From Candidatus Iainarchaeum sp. (GTDB taxonomy: Archaea; Iainarchaeota; Iainarchaeia; Iainarchaeales; JAAZKV01), in contig JAAZKV010000018.1 in the NCBI GenBank assembly GCA_012799645.1, positions 107,519 to 158,087 of the forward strand: a stretch of 50,569 nt of DNA, written 5' to 3'. Shown here piece after piece: positions 1-9,661 of this stretch (the first letter of the stretch is position 1; each line of letters starts with the position of its first letter). Made by a program: the position numbers and the translations under genes. The notes beneath the pieces were generated by a model that made no database searches, was not told the DNA's origin, and was given only the letters and a program-made list of their open reading frames with translations.

Positions 1-2274
1 ATTTACATCTTCAACTGATAGTGATCTGTCTCTCCAAATAACGAGATCGTCTAAAGCTGATCCCATCCAATAACTTGAGTGGGGTAATGATGCTATTAGA
101 AGAGTGCCTTTTATTGGAGCAGATGAATAATCAAAACTAGCATCCAGTTCATTATTCAAATACGCTTTGTAAGTTGTTCCATCCCAAGTAAATACTACAT
201 GGTTCCAAGAATTCATTATATAAGTTTTTGTTCCATTTAATCCTTTGTATAAAGAATAGTTGTAAACAAGTTTATTTCCATTAGTTCTAATTTCTCCCCC
301 GTAACCGCCCGCAGAAATAATTGTTGAATTTAGGCTTGAGAAAGATGGTTTAAACCAAAATGAAATTCCGAATTTTTGTCCATAAAAAATACTTGGAGAT
401 GGTATGGTCGCATATGATTGGGCATAAGCAGGAATAAATTGGGCTTTTGAGTTTGTCCATTTTCCTGGAACTGGAATTGATGGGAATTCGCAAAATAAAT
501 TGTTGTTGTTTCCGCTTGAATCTGCGTTAGTTAAAATTTCTTGTTCTTGTGCATTAGTGTCAAGGTGGTATAATGCTACTAGTCCGTCAGAAAATTTATC
601 AGGGGAACAATTCACATCATTAGCTCCGCAAATTGGGTAACCGTGAGTATAATTTTGGTCTTCGTTAATTTTGAAAGAAATCCATTTTCTTAATGTTGGA
701 ACTTTAATTATACTATTATTTCCTGAAACAAATTTAGAATCCAGCATTTTATTATAATCTCTTTGCACTTCTTCAGCACTTAACGCTCGGTGATATAATT
801 TAATTTCATCAAGTCCTCCGGATAAATAATTTCCAAACATTGGAGCGGCCTTTAATTCTTCTTTTGTTGGATCAAATGTTGCATTACCAACAGGATCTCC
901 ATCAACATACAAAACTAGTGATGTTCCTTCACGAGTTAGTACCACATTGTGCCACAACCCATCACAAATCGATTTTGAGTTTGGTGTTATTGTTGTTGAT
1001 GAACCAGCATCCCATCTAAATATTGGATAACAATCAGCACCACCAAGATATTTACTTCGAACATATAATCTTTGATGAAGTCCAGAATTATTATTCCCAC
1101 GATAAAAAATATTATAATTAGCACTTCCAGAATAATCTACTGATGTAACTTTTATCCAAAGTGATAGTGAAAAATTTTTGTCTGATAAATACCACATCCC
1201 GCGTTGCCCAATATTAAAAGAAGTGTTAGCATATTCATTATTTGATTGAAAACTTGTTGAATTAAGAAAACCTTTTGATAAATCAGTGTCCAGTGACACA
1301 TTTCCACCAACCCCATAAACTAAATCAGGAATACTTTTTCCGGAATTATTATCAAATGTGTAATGTTGAACTAAATAAGGATCTTCTAAATCAGGAATAT
1401 CCACTTCTGCATAATAAATTCTATAAGCCCCACTGTTACCAGTATACCAAATCCTGAATTTATTTTGATCAAAAATCACTGTGGGGTTTAATACATAAGT
1501 GGAATCTCCTTTTCCCGAAGTACCTTTTGGAATTTGCCCAAATCGTGCACCAGAATCTGAAATAGGTTGAACCCCATAATAATTTATAGCAGACCATCTA
1601 ACTAAATCATAAGACACAGCTAATTTGATTATTGTGTCATTAGTTTCAGCATAAGAATATAACATAAAATATGCATTACCAAATTTTACAACACTTGATG
1701 CTCCACCCAAACGACCAAACTGGTTCCAATTTTTTGCTGAAAGAGAAAATGACCCATCACAAAATTCATGTTTACATTTGGACTGATCTTCTGTTGCACC
1801 AGTTTTTGTCCAATTGTTTCCATCAGGGGAAGTTGCAAAAAAAATTCTTGCATCGTGATAAAAAGGATATGCTGAACCAGTGTAAAACATATAGTATTGA
1901 TTATTGTCTTTTATTACAAATGGGTGGGTGGCTTGGAAAAAATCACCATAAGTGTTGGATGTTCCGTAACTTATTCTTCCATTTGTTGAAGTAGTGTCTG
2001 ATGGGGTTGGTGGGGTATTATCAACTTTATACCAAGTGAATCCCCTATCATAAGATACTGCTTGATAGATACTTCCTTTTTCATTTTTGTATCCCCCATA
2101 ATACATTCTGAAAATATTTCCGTCAATAATTACGCTTGCACGATATGCTCTTTCTGCGTCCCCCCTATCTGTTGTTCCAAGTCCTATTCTTCCATTTGTT
2201 GAAACATCATCAGAAACAGCAGGGATAGAGTTATCTACTTTTGTCCAACTATACCCATCAGGGCTTACTGCCAT
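1..2274 (-). CDS. Large surface protein, downstream part (beta-propeller-like repeats followed by two LamG/concanavalin-like domains); runs off the left edge
   Basis: Hand translation: frame open from 2346 to 1 with no stop, so absent from the ORF track; first ATG at 2274. Repeats SPDGxxWTKVDNxxP..D..STNGRI..G; LamG motifs LVQHYTFD, FSLSLWIK, WHNVVLT..LYVDG, GGLDEIKLYHRALS, then DGLVALYHLD, FGISFWFK, WNHVVFTWDG, LDDLVIW. Confidence 0.85.
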   Translation of the reverse strand, partial: MAVSPDGYSWTKVDNSIPAVSDDVSTNGRIGLGTTDRGDAERAYRASVIIDGNIFRMYYGGYKNEKGSIYQAVSYDRGFTWYKVDNTPPTPSDTTSTNGRISYGTSNTYGDFFQATHPFVIKDNNQYYMFYTGSAYPFYHDARIFFATSPDGNNWTKTGATEDQSKCKHEFCDGSFSLSAKNWNQFGRLGGASSVVKFGNAYFMLYSYAETNDTIIKLAVSYDLVRWSAINYYGVQPISDSGARFGQIPKGTSGKGDSTYVLNPTVIFDQNKFRIWYTGNSGAYRIYYAEVDIPDLEDPYLVQHYTFDNNSGKSIPDLVYGVGGNVSLDTDLSKGFLNSTSFQSNNEYANTSFNIGQRGMWYLSDKNFSLSLWIKVTSVDYSGSANYNIFYRGNNNSGLHQRLYVRSKYLGGADCYPIFRWDAGSSTTITPNSKSICDGLWHNVVLTREGTSLVLYVDGDPVGNATFDPTKEELKAAPMFGNYLSGGLDEIKLYHRALSAEEVQRDYNKMLDSKFVSGNNSIIKVPTLRKWISFKINEDQNYTHGYPICGANDVNCSPDKFSDGLVALYHLDTNAQEQEILTNADSSGNNNNLFCEFPSIPVPGKWTNSKAQFIPAYAQSYATIPSPSIFYGQKFGISFWFKPSFSSLNSTIISAGGYGGEIRTNGNKLVYNYSLYKGLNGTKTYIMNSWNHVVFTWDGTTYKAYLNNELDASFDYSSAPIKGTLLIASLPHSSYWMGSALDDLVIWRDRSLSVEDVN

Positions 2275-2708
2275 GTATATTTTTCTTGATTGATTGATGA
2301 TTCTAATCCTGTATACCACATTTTGTATCTGTGATTTGGGTTTGGATCATCTTCATCTTTTAACACAAATGGAGAATAAACTCCAAAAGCATCTCCTGTT
2401 CCTGCGCTTCCTATTCCTATTCTTCCATCGGTTGATACTTGTCCTGTGTCAGTGTTTGGTGGAGTAGTGTTGTTGTATTTTTTTACTGTCCACATATAGT
2501 TTTTGTCTAAGGTTTGTTCAATGTTCCAATCTCGTGTAGGGTTAGTTAGCCATCCTGTTCCTGTGTTCCAAACAAATCCTGTTTCTGTGAATTTGTGGTT
2601 CAGTGTTGCACATTCTATTGATTTAAAGTATGGTGATCCGCAATCTCCTGCTAAAACTATTTGTGCAAATAGTAATATTAGAAGAGAAAATGCAAAAAAT
2701 TTCTTCAA
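2265..2708 (-). CDS. N-terminal part of the same surface protein (signal peptide plus first propeller repeat), separated by a frameshift
   Basis: TTG start at 2708 after GAGGG; signal peptide KKFFAFSLLILLFAQIVLA; repeat WTVKKYNNTTPPNTDTGQVSTDGRIGIG matches the downstream repeats; the YKMWYTG blade continues as IYMAVSPDG in the other frame. Confidence 0.75.
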   Translation of the reverse strand: MKKFFAFSLLILLFAQIVLAGDCGSPYFKSIECATLNHKFTETGFVWNTGTGWLTNPTRDWNIEQTLDKNYMWTVKKYNNTTPPNTDTGQVSTDGRIGIGSAGTGDAFGVYSPFVLKDEDDPNPNHRYKMWYTGLESSINQEKYTWQ

Positions 2709-2906
2709 AATTATCCCTCTAAAAAAAACAATAAAATAAGAAAATCTGTATTTAAATACCTTTTGAATAAAGCAAAAAGCGACACAAACAGAGCAAATCA
2801 CAAAAATGGGAAAAAAGAAAAAATAAATCAAAAAAAAATTAAACAAATTAAAAGAAATTAAAAATAAACCAAAAAAAATCAAACAATTTAAAGTATTTGT
2901 TGGAAA

Positions 2907-5645
2907 TTATTTTGGTTTTTTTAATTGTTGTTCTAGTTTTTGTTCTAAAATTTCTAGAAATTCGTCAAGTTTTTCGTCAGGAACTTTGCACCCTGCTGCT
3001 ATTGAATTGTGGACAATTAAACCGTTTGCGAAAAAATTTTTTGTTTGGGGGAGTGATAAATCAATTAAACCTGTTTCTGAACCTAAATCAATTTTTTCTT
3101 GAATTTCAAAAAAAGTTAAATTTTTTGAATTAACTACTCCTTTTAACCAATTAATTTTTGTAAGAGTTTTTTTGTTTAATTTATTTTTATTTCTCAAAAT
3201 TGGTTCAATGAAATATTTGTTCAATGTAAAATAATTTATTCTTTTTGAATTAGGTTGATTGAACAAAAAATTTTTATTAAAAAGATTTGTTATGTTGTTT
3301 TCGTTAACAAAATCCATAATTTCTCCAAAAGTTATTGGAGAAAATAACCCCAAGTTTTTTTTGTTTTTTGATTGTTTTAGTAAATTATTTTTTAACAAAA
3401 TTGCTTTTTTTGTGTTTTTAGTAAAACCGATTTCTTTTTGAAATAATTTAAGTGAATCAAATTCAGTTATATATAATACGAATGAGGGTTTTAAGTATCC
3501 AGATTTTTCTGTAACACTCCTAAAATTTGATTTTATTCCAAATCTTAAAAGCAGTAATTGAATTGTTTTGAGAAATTCTTCATCAACCATTCTAACTGTA
3601 ATAAATCTATTATATACACTTGCTTTGGCATCAAATAATCCTTTAATGTAGTTTGACAAAATTTTGTTTTTTGATTGCATTATTTTTTTTGGAACTTTTA
3701 ATTCACTATTTAATAATTTTGATTCTGGGAAAATGTTTTCAAAAAACACGCCTAAATCAGTGGGAGGCATTTTTGTTTTTTTGAAAGTTCTCATTAAAGT
3801 GGGTTTTGGAGAAAAATTAGTGGAAATTGATTTTTGAATTTTTTCCAAAACTTTTTGTGCTCTTTTTTTACCAATATTTCCTTTTCCTTGAATGTATCCT
3901 ATTATCCACGCAATTTCTTTATTCAAATTTAAATAAATATTTTGGTTGTTGATTAAACTAATTTGTTTTCCTTCAAAATCAATTTTTTTTACTCCTAGAA
4001 TAAAATCTTTTTTGTTTAGGTTTTTTGCTTTTGTTTCAACTAAACCAAGATTTTTGTATTTGAAAAATAAGTGATCTTCTGAAGAAATTATTTGAGTGTT
4101 TTTTGTTTTTAATGAAATCATTTTTTTTCTTTTTGAATTAAAAACCTTGTTACATTTTGAGTTGGTTAAAAAATTGTTTTTTCTGCTTAGTAAATAATCA
4201 TTTTCCAAAATTTCAGAAATTTTACAAATTTCTCCGCATTTTTTTTGCACTAATGTGTTTTTGTGTAAACAATGCCCTCCTCCTTCTACTCCGCTAATTT
4301 TTTTTGAAATTTCTTTGAATGCCGCCCCTAAATTTATTCCTTTTCTTAGGAGGGCGGAGGTTGCTCTTCCTGATACTTTTATTGTTCCGTCAGTGTTTCT
4401 TGCAAGAGCAATTATTGGTTTGTCTTCTTTTATTACTGATCCGTAAAGCATTCCTGCTATTATTCCTACTAATGAATCTTGTATTTCTGTTCCTGCGTCA
4501 AAAAAGTAAAAGTTTTTTTTCTCTTCTACTCCGTGTTCGGTCACGAATTGAATTCCTTTTGCGAGAGCGGTTCGGTGTTCTTGAATTAGTCCTAATAGTT
4601 CGCCGTATGCTCCGTCCATATTTCTATCCCCTAAACATACTTTGAGTCCTATTTCTGGGCGAGCGTGTCTTCCTGAAGAATTTAGTGCGGTAGCAAATTC
4701 TTTTGCGTCACGGAGAGGGGATTTTTTTTCTTCACCTAAAATCGTGTAAACTTCTCCTATCATTTCTTTTATTTTCCATTCCGGAAAATTGTGTTTTGAT
4801 AAATGAATTATTAGTGCGGAAGAGAGTTTCTTTTTTTGCGTATCACTCAAATCTTCATAACTTAACCATTGTTCTGTTAAGGGATCTTTTAGTGGGAGCC
4901 CTAATCCTTGTAAAAAAGAAACACAATTTTCTTGCTCTGCTGTTAGTTCGGGAATTATGGGCGAGGAAGAGAAACACAAATATTGAATTAGTGGTCTTGA
5001 TATTCTTCCATACAATCTCAAATCAATTTTTTTTTCAACAAGCCCTGCACTAATTGCTTCTTCCAAAATTTTTGAGTTCAATCCAATTAGTGCTCCGCTA
5101 AATTCTTGCATATCCCCTACCGCTCCAACAATTGCTAAAGGGGATAAATCAATGTTTTTTGGGTTCATTTCTTTTGCCACCAAGTATGCGAGCCCTGCTC
5201 CTGAAATTTCTTTTCCCCCATCAATTCCAAACAATAAAGGATTCAAGTGATGTTCTAGAGGAATAATTGAATTATTCACTAGTACTGGTTGGTGGTGGTC
5301 AATTATGAAAATGTTTTCTTCACCAAGTTCTTTTACTAAATAATCCATTTGGCCTGAACCAAAATCAACGAACACAAAGTTGTTCCCAAGCGATTTTATT
5401 TGATCAATATTTTCTTTATACAATTGTTTTAAACAAAGAGAAGAAACTTTTTTTCCCTCTCTTTCCAGTGCTTTTATTAGTATTGCTCCGCTACTCAACC
5501 CATCAGCGTCATAGTGATGAATCACCACCACATTTTGGAGGGTTTTGATTTTTGTGGACATTTTTTTTATTTCAGAAAAAAAACCACTCTCGTCCCTATT
5601 AGAAGAAAATTCGCTACAAAATTCATTACAAAACTTGTTGTTCAT
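2907..5645 (-). CDS. recJ: Archaeal RecJ-like DHH/DHHA1 phosphoesterase, intein-containing
   Basis: Motifs HHYDADG, FVDFGS, IDHH, GAVGDMQ, KVSGR and GGGH; intein follows GGGH. Confidence 0.9.
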   Translation of the reverse strand: MNNKFCNEFCSEFSSNRDESGFFSEIKKMSTKIKTLQNVVVIHHYDADGLSSGAILIKALEREGKKVSSLCLKQLYKENIDQIKSLGNNFVFVDFGSGQMDYLVKELGEENIFIIDHHQPVLVNNSIIPLEHHLNPLLFGIDGGKEISGAGLAYLVAKEMNPKNIDLSPLAIVGAVGDMQEFSGALIGLNSKILEEAISAGLVEKKIDLRLYGRISRPLIQYLCFSSSPIIPELTAEQENCVSFLQGLGLPLKDPLTEQWLSYEDLSDTQKKKLSSALIIHLSKHNFPEWKIKEMIGEVYTILGEEKKSPLRDAKEFATALNSSGRHARPEIGLKVCLGDRNMDGAYGELLGLIQEHRTALAKGIQFVTEHGVEEKKNFYFFDAGTEIQDSLVGIIAGMLYGSVIKEDKPIIALARNTDGTIKVSGRATSALLRKGINLGAAFKEISKKISGVEGGGHCLHKNTLVQKKCGEICKISEILENDYLLSRKNNFLTNSKCNKVFNSKRKKMISLKTKNTQIISSEDHLFFKYKNLGLVETKAKNLNKKDFILGVKKIDFEGKQISLINNQNIYLNLNKEIAWIIGYIQGKGNIGKKRAQKVLEKIQKSISTNFSPKPTLMRTFKKTKMPPTDLGVFFENIFPESKLLNSELKVPKKIMQSKNKILSNYIKGLFDAKASVYNRFITVRMVDEEFLKTIQLLLLRFGIKSNFRSVTEKSGYLKPSFVLYITEFDSLKLFQKEIGFTKNTKKAILLKNNLLKQSKNKKNLGLFSPITFGEIMDFVNENNITNLFNKNFLFNQPNSKRINYFTLNKYFIEPILRNKNKLNKKTLTKINWLKGVVNSKNLTFFEIQEKIDLGSETGLIDLSLPQTKNFFANGLIVHNSIAAGCKVPDEKLDEFLEILEQKLEQQLKKPK
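3006..4271 (-). mobile_element. Intein (422 aa) with degenerate LAGLIDADG homing endonuclease in RecJ
   Basis: N-junction GGGH|CLHKNT, block B SSEDHLF, C-junction FFANGLIVHN|S; LAGLIDADG-like IIGYIQGKG and IKGLFDAKA. Confidence 0.93.
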
Positions 5646-6026
5646 AATTAATTTAAATTATTGAAAGAGAATTTAAAAGAGTGTTAAGTGAAATGCCGAA
5701 CAAAACAAACAAAAACTCTAACAAAAACACCTAACAAAAATACTAACAAACAATACCTCCAAAACCAAAATAAAAATAATAACAACAATAATAACCAAAA
5801 TACTAACAAACAACATAACCAAAACTCTAAAGAAAACTCCGCCAAAAATAATAACCAAAATGCTAAACAAAAAATTTACTCAAAACTCCACACCCAAAAT
5901 GCTAACAAAAAAACTAACCAAAACTCTATCCAAAAATCTGTCCAAAACTCTACCAAAATTTGCCAACAAAATTTGTTTGTTACAAAAAGGTTTAAAGTAA
6001 GGTAATGCGTAATTTTATTGATAGTA

Positions 6027-7334
6027 ATGAGTTTTTTCAACAATATTTTTTCAAACATTTTTAACAAAAAAAGCAAAACTAATGTGTATTCCACTATTGA
6101 GTTAGTGAATGAACTTGATAAGGAACTTGGAAAAAAAAGAAAAAAACTTGAATTCACTAATGCAAAAAAAATGGCTGAAATAAAGTTTTTGCACTCAAAA
6201 ATAATTACTCAAATAAAGGATATACAAAAAAAGGAATTAAATAAAAAAGAAAACGAGAGATTCAACAAAGCTGCACTAACAGCAAAAAGCCATATTGAAA
6301 TACAATTAATGAGAATGCTTGAAAAAATAAATCCAACAAATGTAGGAAATAATTTAAATGATTCAAGAGCATACACTGAAGAATCAATCAATATTTTGGT
6401 AAAAGAAGTGATTCGTTTTAGAAAAAATATTGTTTACACGAGTATTTATTTAAAAGAGGAAATGAAAAATTTAGGAGAAACACTACAAGAACTCTTAAAT
6501 AATTTACAAGAACTAAAAAAAGAGTTTGACGAAAATTTAGAGTATTTTGAGTTTGAAAAAATTAAAGAAAAAATAAAAAGTGTGGAAAAATTGAACAAAG
6601 AACTAAAAAACCAAAAAAACAAAATCAAGGAATGTGAAGAAAGAATCAAGAAAAATAAATTCGATTTAGAAAAACAAGAAAAAAAAATAGAGGAATTTAA
6701 TTCAGGAAAAGAGTTCAAAAAACTAGAAGAACTAGAAAATGAGAAACAAAAAATATTGAACGAAAAACAATCACTAAAAATTGAGTTATCTTCACTTCTT
6801 TCAAGCATTGATAAACCATTACAAAGATTTAACCAACTTGTTGAAACAGGGAGATGGAAATTGCCAAGAGAAAAACAAGAATTACTCAGCGCATTTATTG
6901 CAAACCCAATTATTGCACTAAAAAGTGATCCTAAAGGAGTTGAGTTTAAAAAAATCTTGACAGAAATTATTCAAGCAATTGAAGAAGAAAAAATTGAGTT
7001 AAAAGAAAGAGAAAAAGAAAAACGACTCGCGGCGCTAAGCGAAATAATTTCTTTTAATTTTTTTGAAAAAATATTTTGGAAACTTAACGAAATTCAAGTA
7101 AAACAAATAAACATTGATAAAAAAATTAAAGAGTGCGGAGTGTTTGAAACAAAAAACAAAATGGATACAAAACTCAACGAAATAAACAAAAAAACACTTT
7201 TACTAATTGAAGAAAAAAATGGTGAAGAAAGAAAAGAAAAAGAAATTTTTGAAAAAATGGAAAAAGAAAAAACAACCATCACAAATTTTGGTTCAAAAAT
7301 ATTGAAAAAAACAATAATAATTAATAATGAGTAA
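6027..7334 (+). CDS. Coiled-coil hypothetical protein with N-terminal amphipathic helix
   Basis: Long K/E-rich helical ORF; starts MSFFNNIFSNIFNKK. Confidence 0.8.
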   Translation: MSFFNNIFSNIFNKKSKTNVYSTIELVNELDKELGKKRKKLEFTNAKKMAEIKFLHSKIITQIKDIQKKELNKKENERFNKAALTAKSHIEIQLMRMLEKINPTNVGNNLNDSRAYTEESINILVKEVIRFRKNIVYTSIYLKEEMKNLGETLQELLNNLQELKKEFDENLEYFEFEKIKEKIKSVEKLNKELKNQKNKIKECEERIKKNKFDLEKQEKKIEEFNSGKEFKKLEELENEKQKILNEKQSLKIELSSLLSSIDKPLQRFNQLVETGRWKLPREKQELLSAFIANPIIALKSDPKGVEFKKILTEIIQAIEEEKIELKEREKEKRLAALSEIISFNFFEKIFWKLNEIQVKQINIDKKIKECGVFETKNKMDTKLNEINKKTLLLIEEKNGEERKEKEIFEKMEKEKTTITNFGSKILKKTIIINNE

Positions 7335-7542
7335 AAATTAATAACAAAAAAACAAAAATAAAAACAAATAAAATTAGTGCCAAATAAATATCAAAACAAG
7401 GATAAGAGAAATAATAAAAGGACAAAGAGTGATTAGTAATTAACAAATATTAGTAATAAATATTAATTTTTGATGGATATGGGTTTTATAGAATATTAAT
7501 TTTGAGAAAGGATAATTTTTGGGAAATGTTAGTTGAGGGTTT

Positions 7543-8484
7543 TTGGAAATGTTTTCAGAATTAGTTATTTTGTTTTTTGGACTTATTTTTCTTTATTGGG
7601 GAGCAGGGTTTGTTGTTGATGGAGCAACTAAATTAGCAAAAAAATTCGGGGTTTCAAAATTATTTATTGGAATGACTGTAGTAACTATTGGAACAACCAC
7701 CCCTGATCTTGTAGTAAATATTTTATCAACATTAAATGGAAACCCAGCTCTTGGAATTGGAACTATTTTAGGAACCAATTTAGTAAACATTTTAGGAATA
7801 ATTGGAGTAACAGGATTATTATTCACGGTTACCACAAAAAAGGATGTTACTAAAGAAGCTGTTTTTGCTCTTTGTGCAGTAATATTAGTGTTTGTTCTTT
7901 CAATGGTTCAAATTATTGGGCCCACGGACACTATTTCTAGTTTTGAAGGATTACTAATGCTTGTAATGTTTGGAATATACCTTTACTTGATTTACAAAGA
8001 GAGTCCGAAAACAAAAAAATTCTCTATAAAAATTTTTGAAACCAAAGCAACAAAACACTTGTTGTTAGGATTTTTTTTGTTAATGGTTGGAGGAAATTTA
8101 GCGGTTAATGGAGCAACAATGATTGCAAAGACACTCAATATTAATGATTTTATTGTAGGATTAACTATACTCGCGATAGGAACTGCGTTGCCCGAGCTTA
8201 GCACTAGTATTATTGCTGCTCTAAAAAAACAACAAGAAATAAGTGTGGGAAATTTACTTGGAAGCACTGTGTACAATACTGTTTTTATTTTAGGAATAAC
8301 TTCAATAATTAGTCCAATTGATACTAAAGGGTATCACAAATTCTTTATTTTTAACATTCTCGCAATAATAATTCTAATAGTTTTCTTATACACTGGGAGA
8401 AAGAACACTATTAGTAAAATTGAAGGAACACTAATGCTTCTTGCATACATAATTATTATGGCATCAATACTTATCGCAATTTAA
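7543..8484 (+). CDS. Calcium/sodium antiporter (YrbG/CaCA family)
   Basis: About 10 TM helices; alpha-repeats GTTTPD and GTALPE, GNLLGS. Confidence 0.92.
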   Translation: MEMFSELVILFFGLIFLYWGAGFVVDGATKLAKKFGVSKLFIGMTVVTIGTTTPDLVVNILSTLNGNPALGIGTILGTNLVNILGIIGVTGLLFTVTTKKDVTKEAVFALCAVILVFVLSMVQIIGPTDTISSFEGLLMLVMFGIYLYLIYKESPKTKKFSIKIFETKATKHLLLGFFLLMVGGNLAVNGATMIAKTLNINDFIVGLTILAIGTALPELSTSIIAALKKQQEISVGNLLGSTVYNTVFILGITSIISPIDTKGYHKFFIFNILAIIILIVFLYTGRKNTISKIEGTLMLLAYIIIMASILIAI

Positions 8485-8555
8485 TAAAAAGCCCAAAACT
8501 GCCAAAATAAGCAATTTTTTAACCTTTTCCACACGCAGTTATGTATAGAGAGTGT

Positions 8556-9143
8556 ATGGTTTCTTACGAAAACGAATACAAATTGGCAAAATTCTTGCTT
8601 GAAAAGTATAGTGAAACGATTAATGAAAGAGAACAACGAACTATTGGAGAAATAAAAGAACTCGCAAGCGGGAACGATTTGAGTATTCAAGCACTTGTAG
8701 AAGAATTCAAAGAAAAACCATACAATTTTGAAGAAAATTACGAAAATGCTTTAAAAAAAGTTTTTGATTTTGTTAAAAAAGAAATAACCTTTGTTGATAG
8801 TGATCTTGGTTTAAATTATTGGATGAATGGAAAAGAAATTCTTGAAATAAAAATAGCTGATGATGAGGACCTAGCAGTGTTTTTGTGCGCGTGTATGAAA
8901 GCACTAGGGGACGAAAAAGCAGAAGTAATTATTGCTGAACTAGATAACTTACGAACACACTCTTTTGTAATAACCGAACTAAACGGAGAATTTTTGTTAC
9001 TTGACCCAACACAAGAAATGGAGTTTGAAAAATACAGAGGAACAAAAATTGAAGTAATCAAAAACTACGAATACCAAAAACAAAAAATAAAAAGATTCCT
9101 CTACCGATTCAATTCAACAAAATACGAACAATTCTTAGAATAA
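8556..9143 (+). CDS. Transglutaminase-like protein with catalytic Cys replaced
   Basis: YWMNGKEIL..ADDEDLAVFLCACMKALG (canonical GDCEDxA), THSFV, LLLDPT. Confidence 0.7.
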   Translation: MVSYENEYKLAKFLLEKYSETINEREQRTIGEIKELASGNDLSIQALVEEFKEKPYNFEENYENALKKVFDFVKKEITFVDSDLGLNYWMNGKEILEIKIADDEDLAVFLCACMKALGDEKAEVIIAELDNLRTHSFVITELNGEFLLLDPTQEMEFEKYRGTKIEVIKNYEYQKQKIKRFLYRFNSTKYEQFLE

Positions 9144-9405
9144 AACAAACCAAACAAAAAAACAATTAGGAACAAAAAAACAAAAAATAAAACAAATAAA
9201 AAAAACATCACAAAAAATTATTACAAAAAAAATAAACAAAAAAAGAATTACAAAAATAAAAAACACACAAATAAAACAAAATTCTAAAAAATAACAAATT
9301 AATCAAAAATATAAACAAAAAACCAGTGGAGAAAAAATATTTTCCCTTCCAAGAACCTTTTTAAATTAAACTAACTAAAATTGATTAAAAAGCATTGGTG
9401 ATTTA

Positions 9406-9579
9406 ATGAGTGTGAAAAATAATCCAAACAAGTGTCTTTATTGCGGAGCATGCGTAGGGGTTTGCCCAACACAAGCAATCACACTAAAAGATACTAGAAT
9501 AGAAATTAATAAAGAAAAATGTGTTTCTTGCGGAGCATGTGTAAAAATTTGCCCTGTGGGAGCAATGAAACTAGAGTAA
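9406..9579 (+). CDS. 2x[4Fe-4S] ferredoxin (57 aa; not in ORF track)
   Basis: MSVKNNPNKCLYCGACVGVCPTQAITLKDTRIEINKEKCVSCGACVKICPVGAMKLE; two CxxCxxCxxxCP motifs; GGTGA SD; upstream of GGR. Confidence 0.95.
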   Translation: MSVKNNPNKCLYCGACVGVCPTQAITLKDTRIEINKEKCVSCGACVKICPVGAMKLE

Positions 9580-9661
9580 ACAAATTAGGAAAAAAAACAA
9601 AAAAATAAAAATTTTGAAAAATGTTTTAAAAAAATAAAAAAATTGATAATGGTGATGAGGT

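Noticed and set aside
5688-6005. N/K/Q-rich ORF, and similar F/L-rich ORFs such as 47108-47467, 36965-37202 and 34598-34798
   Set aside because: Artefacts of A/C- or T/G-skewed low-complexity spacers that lack stop codons.
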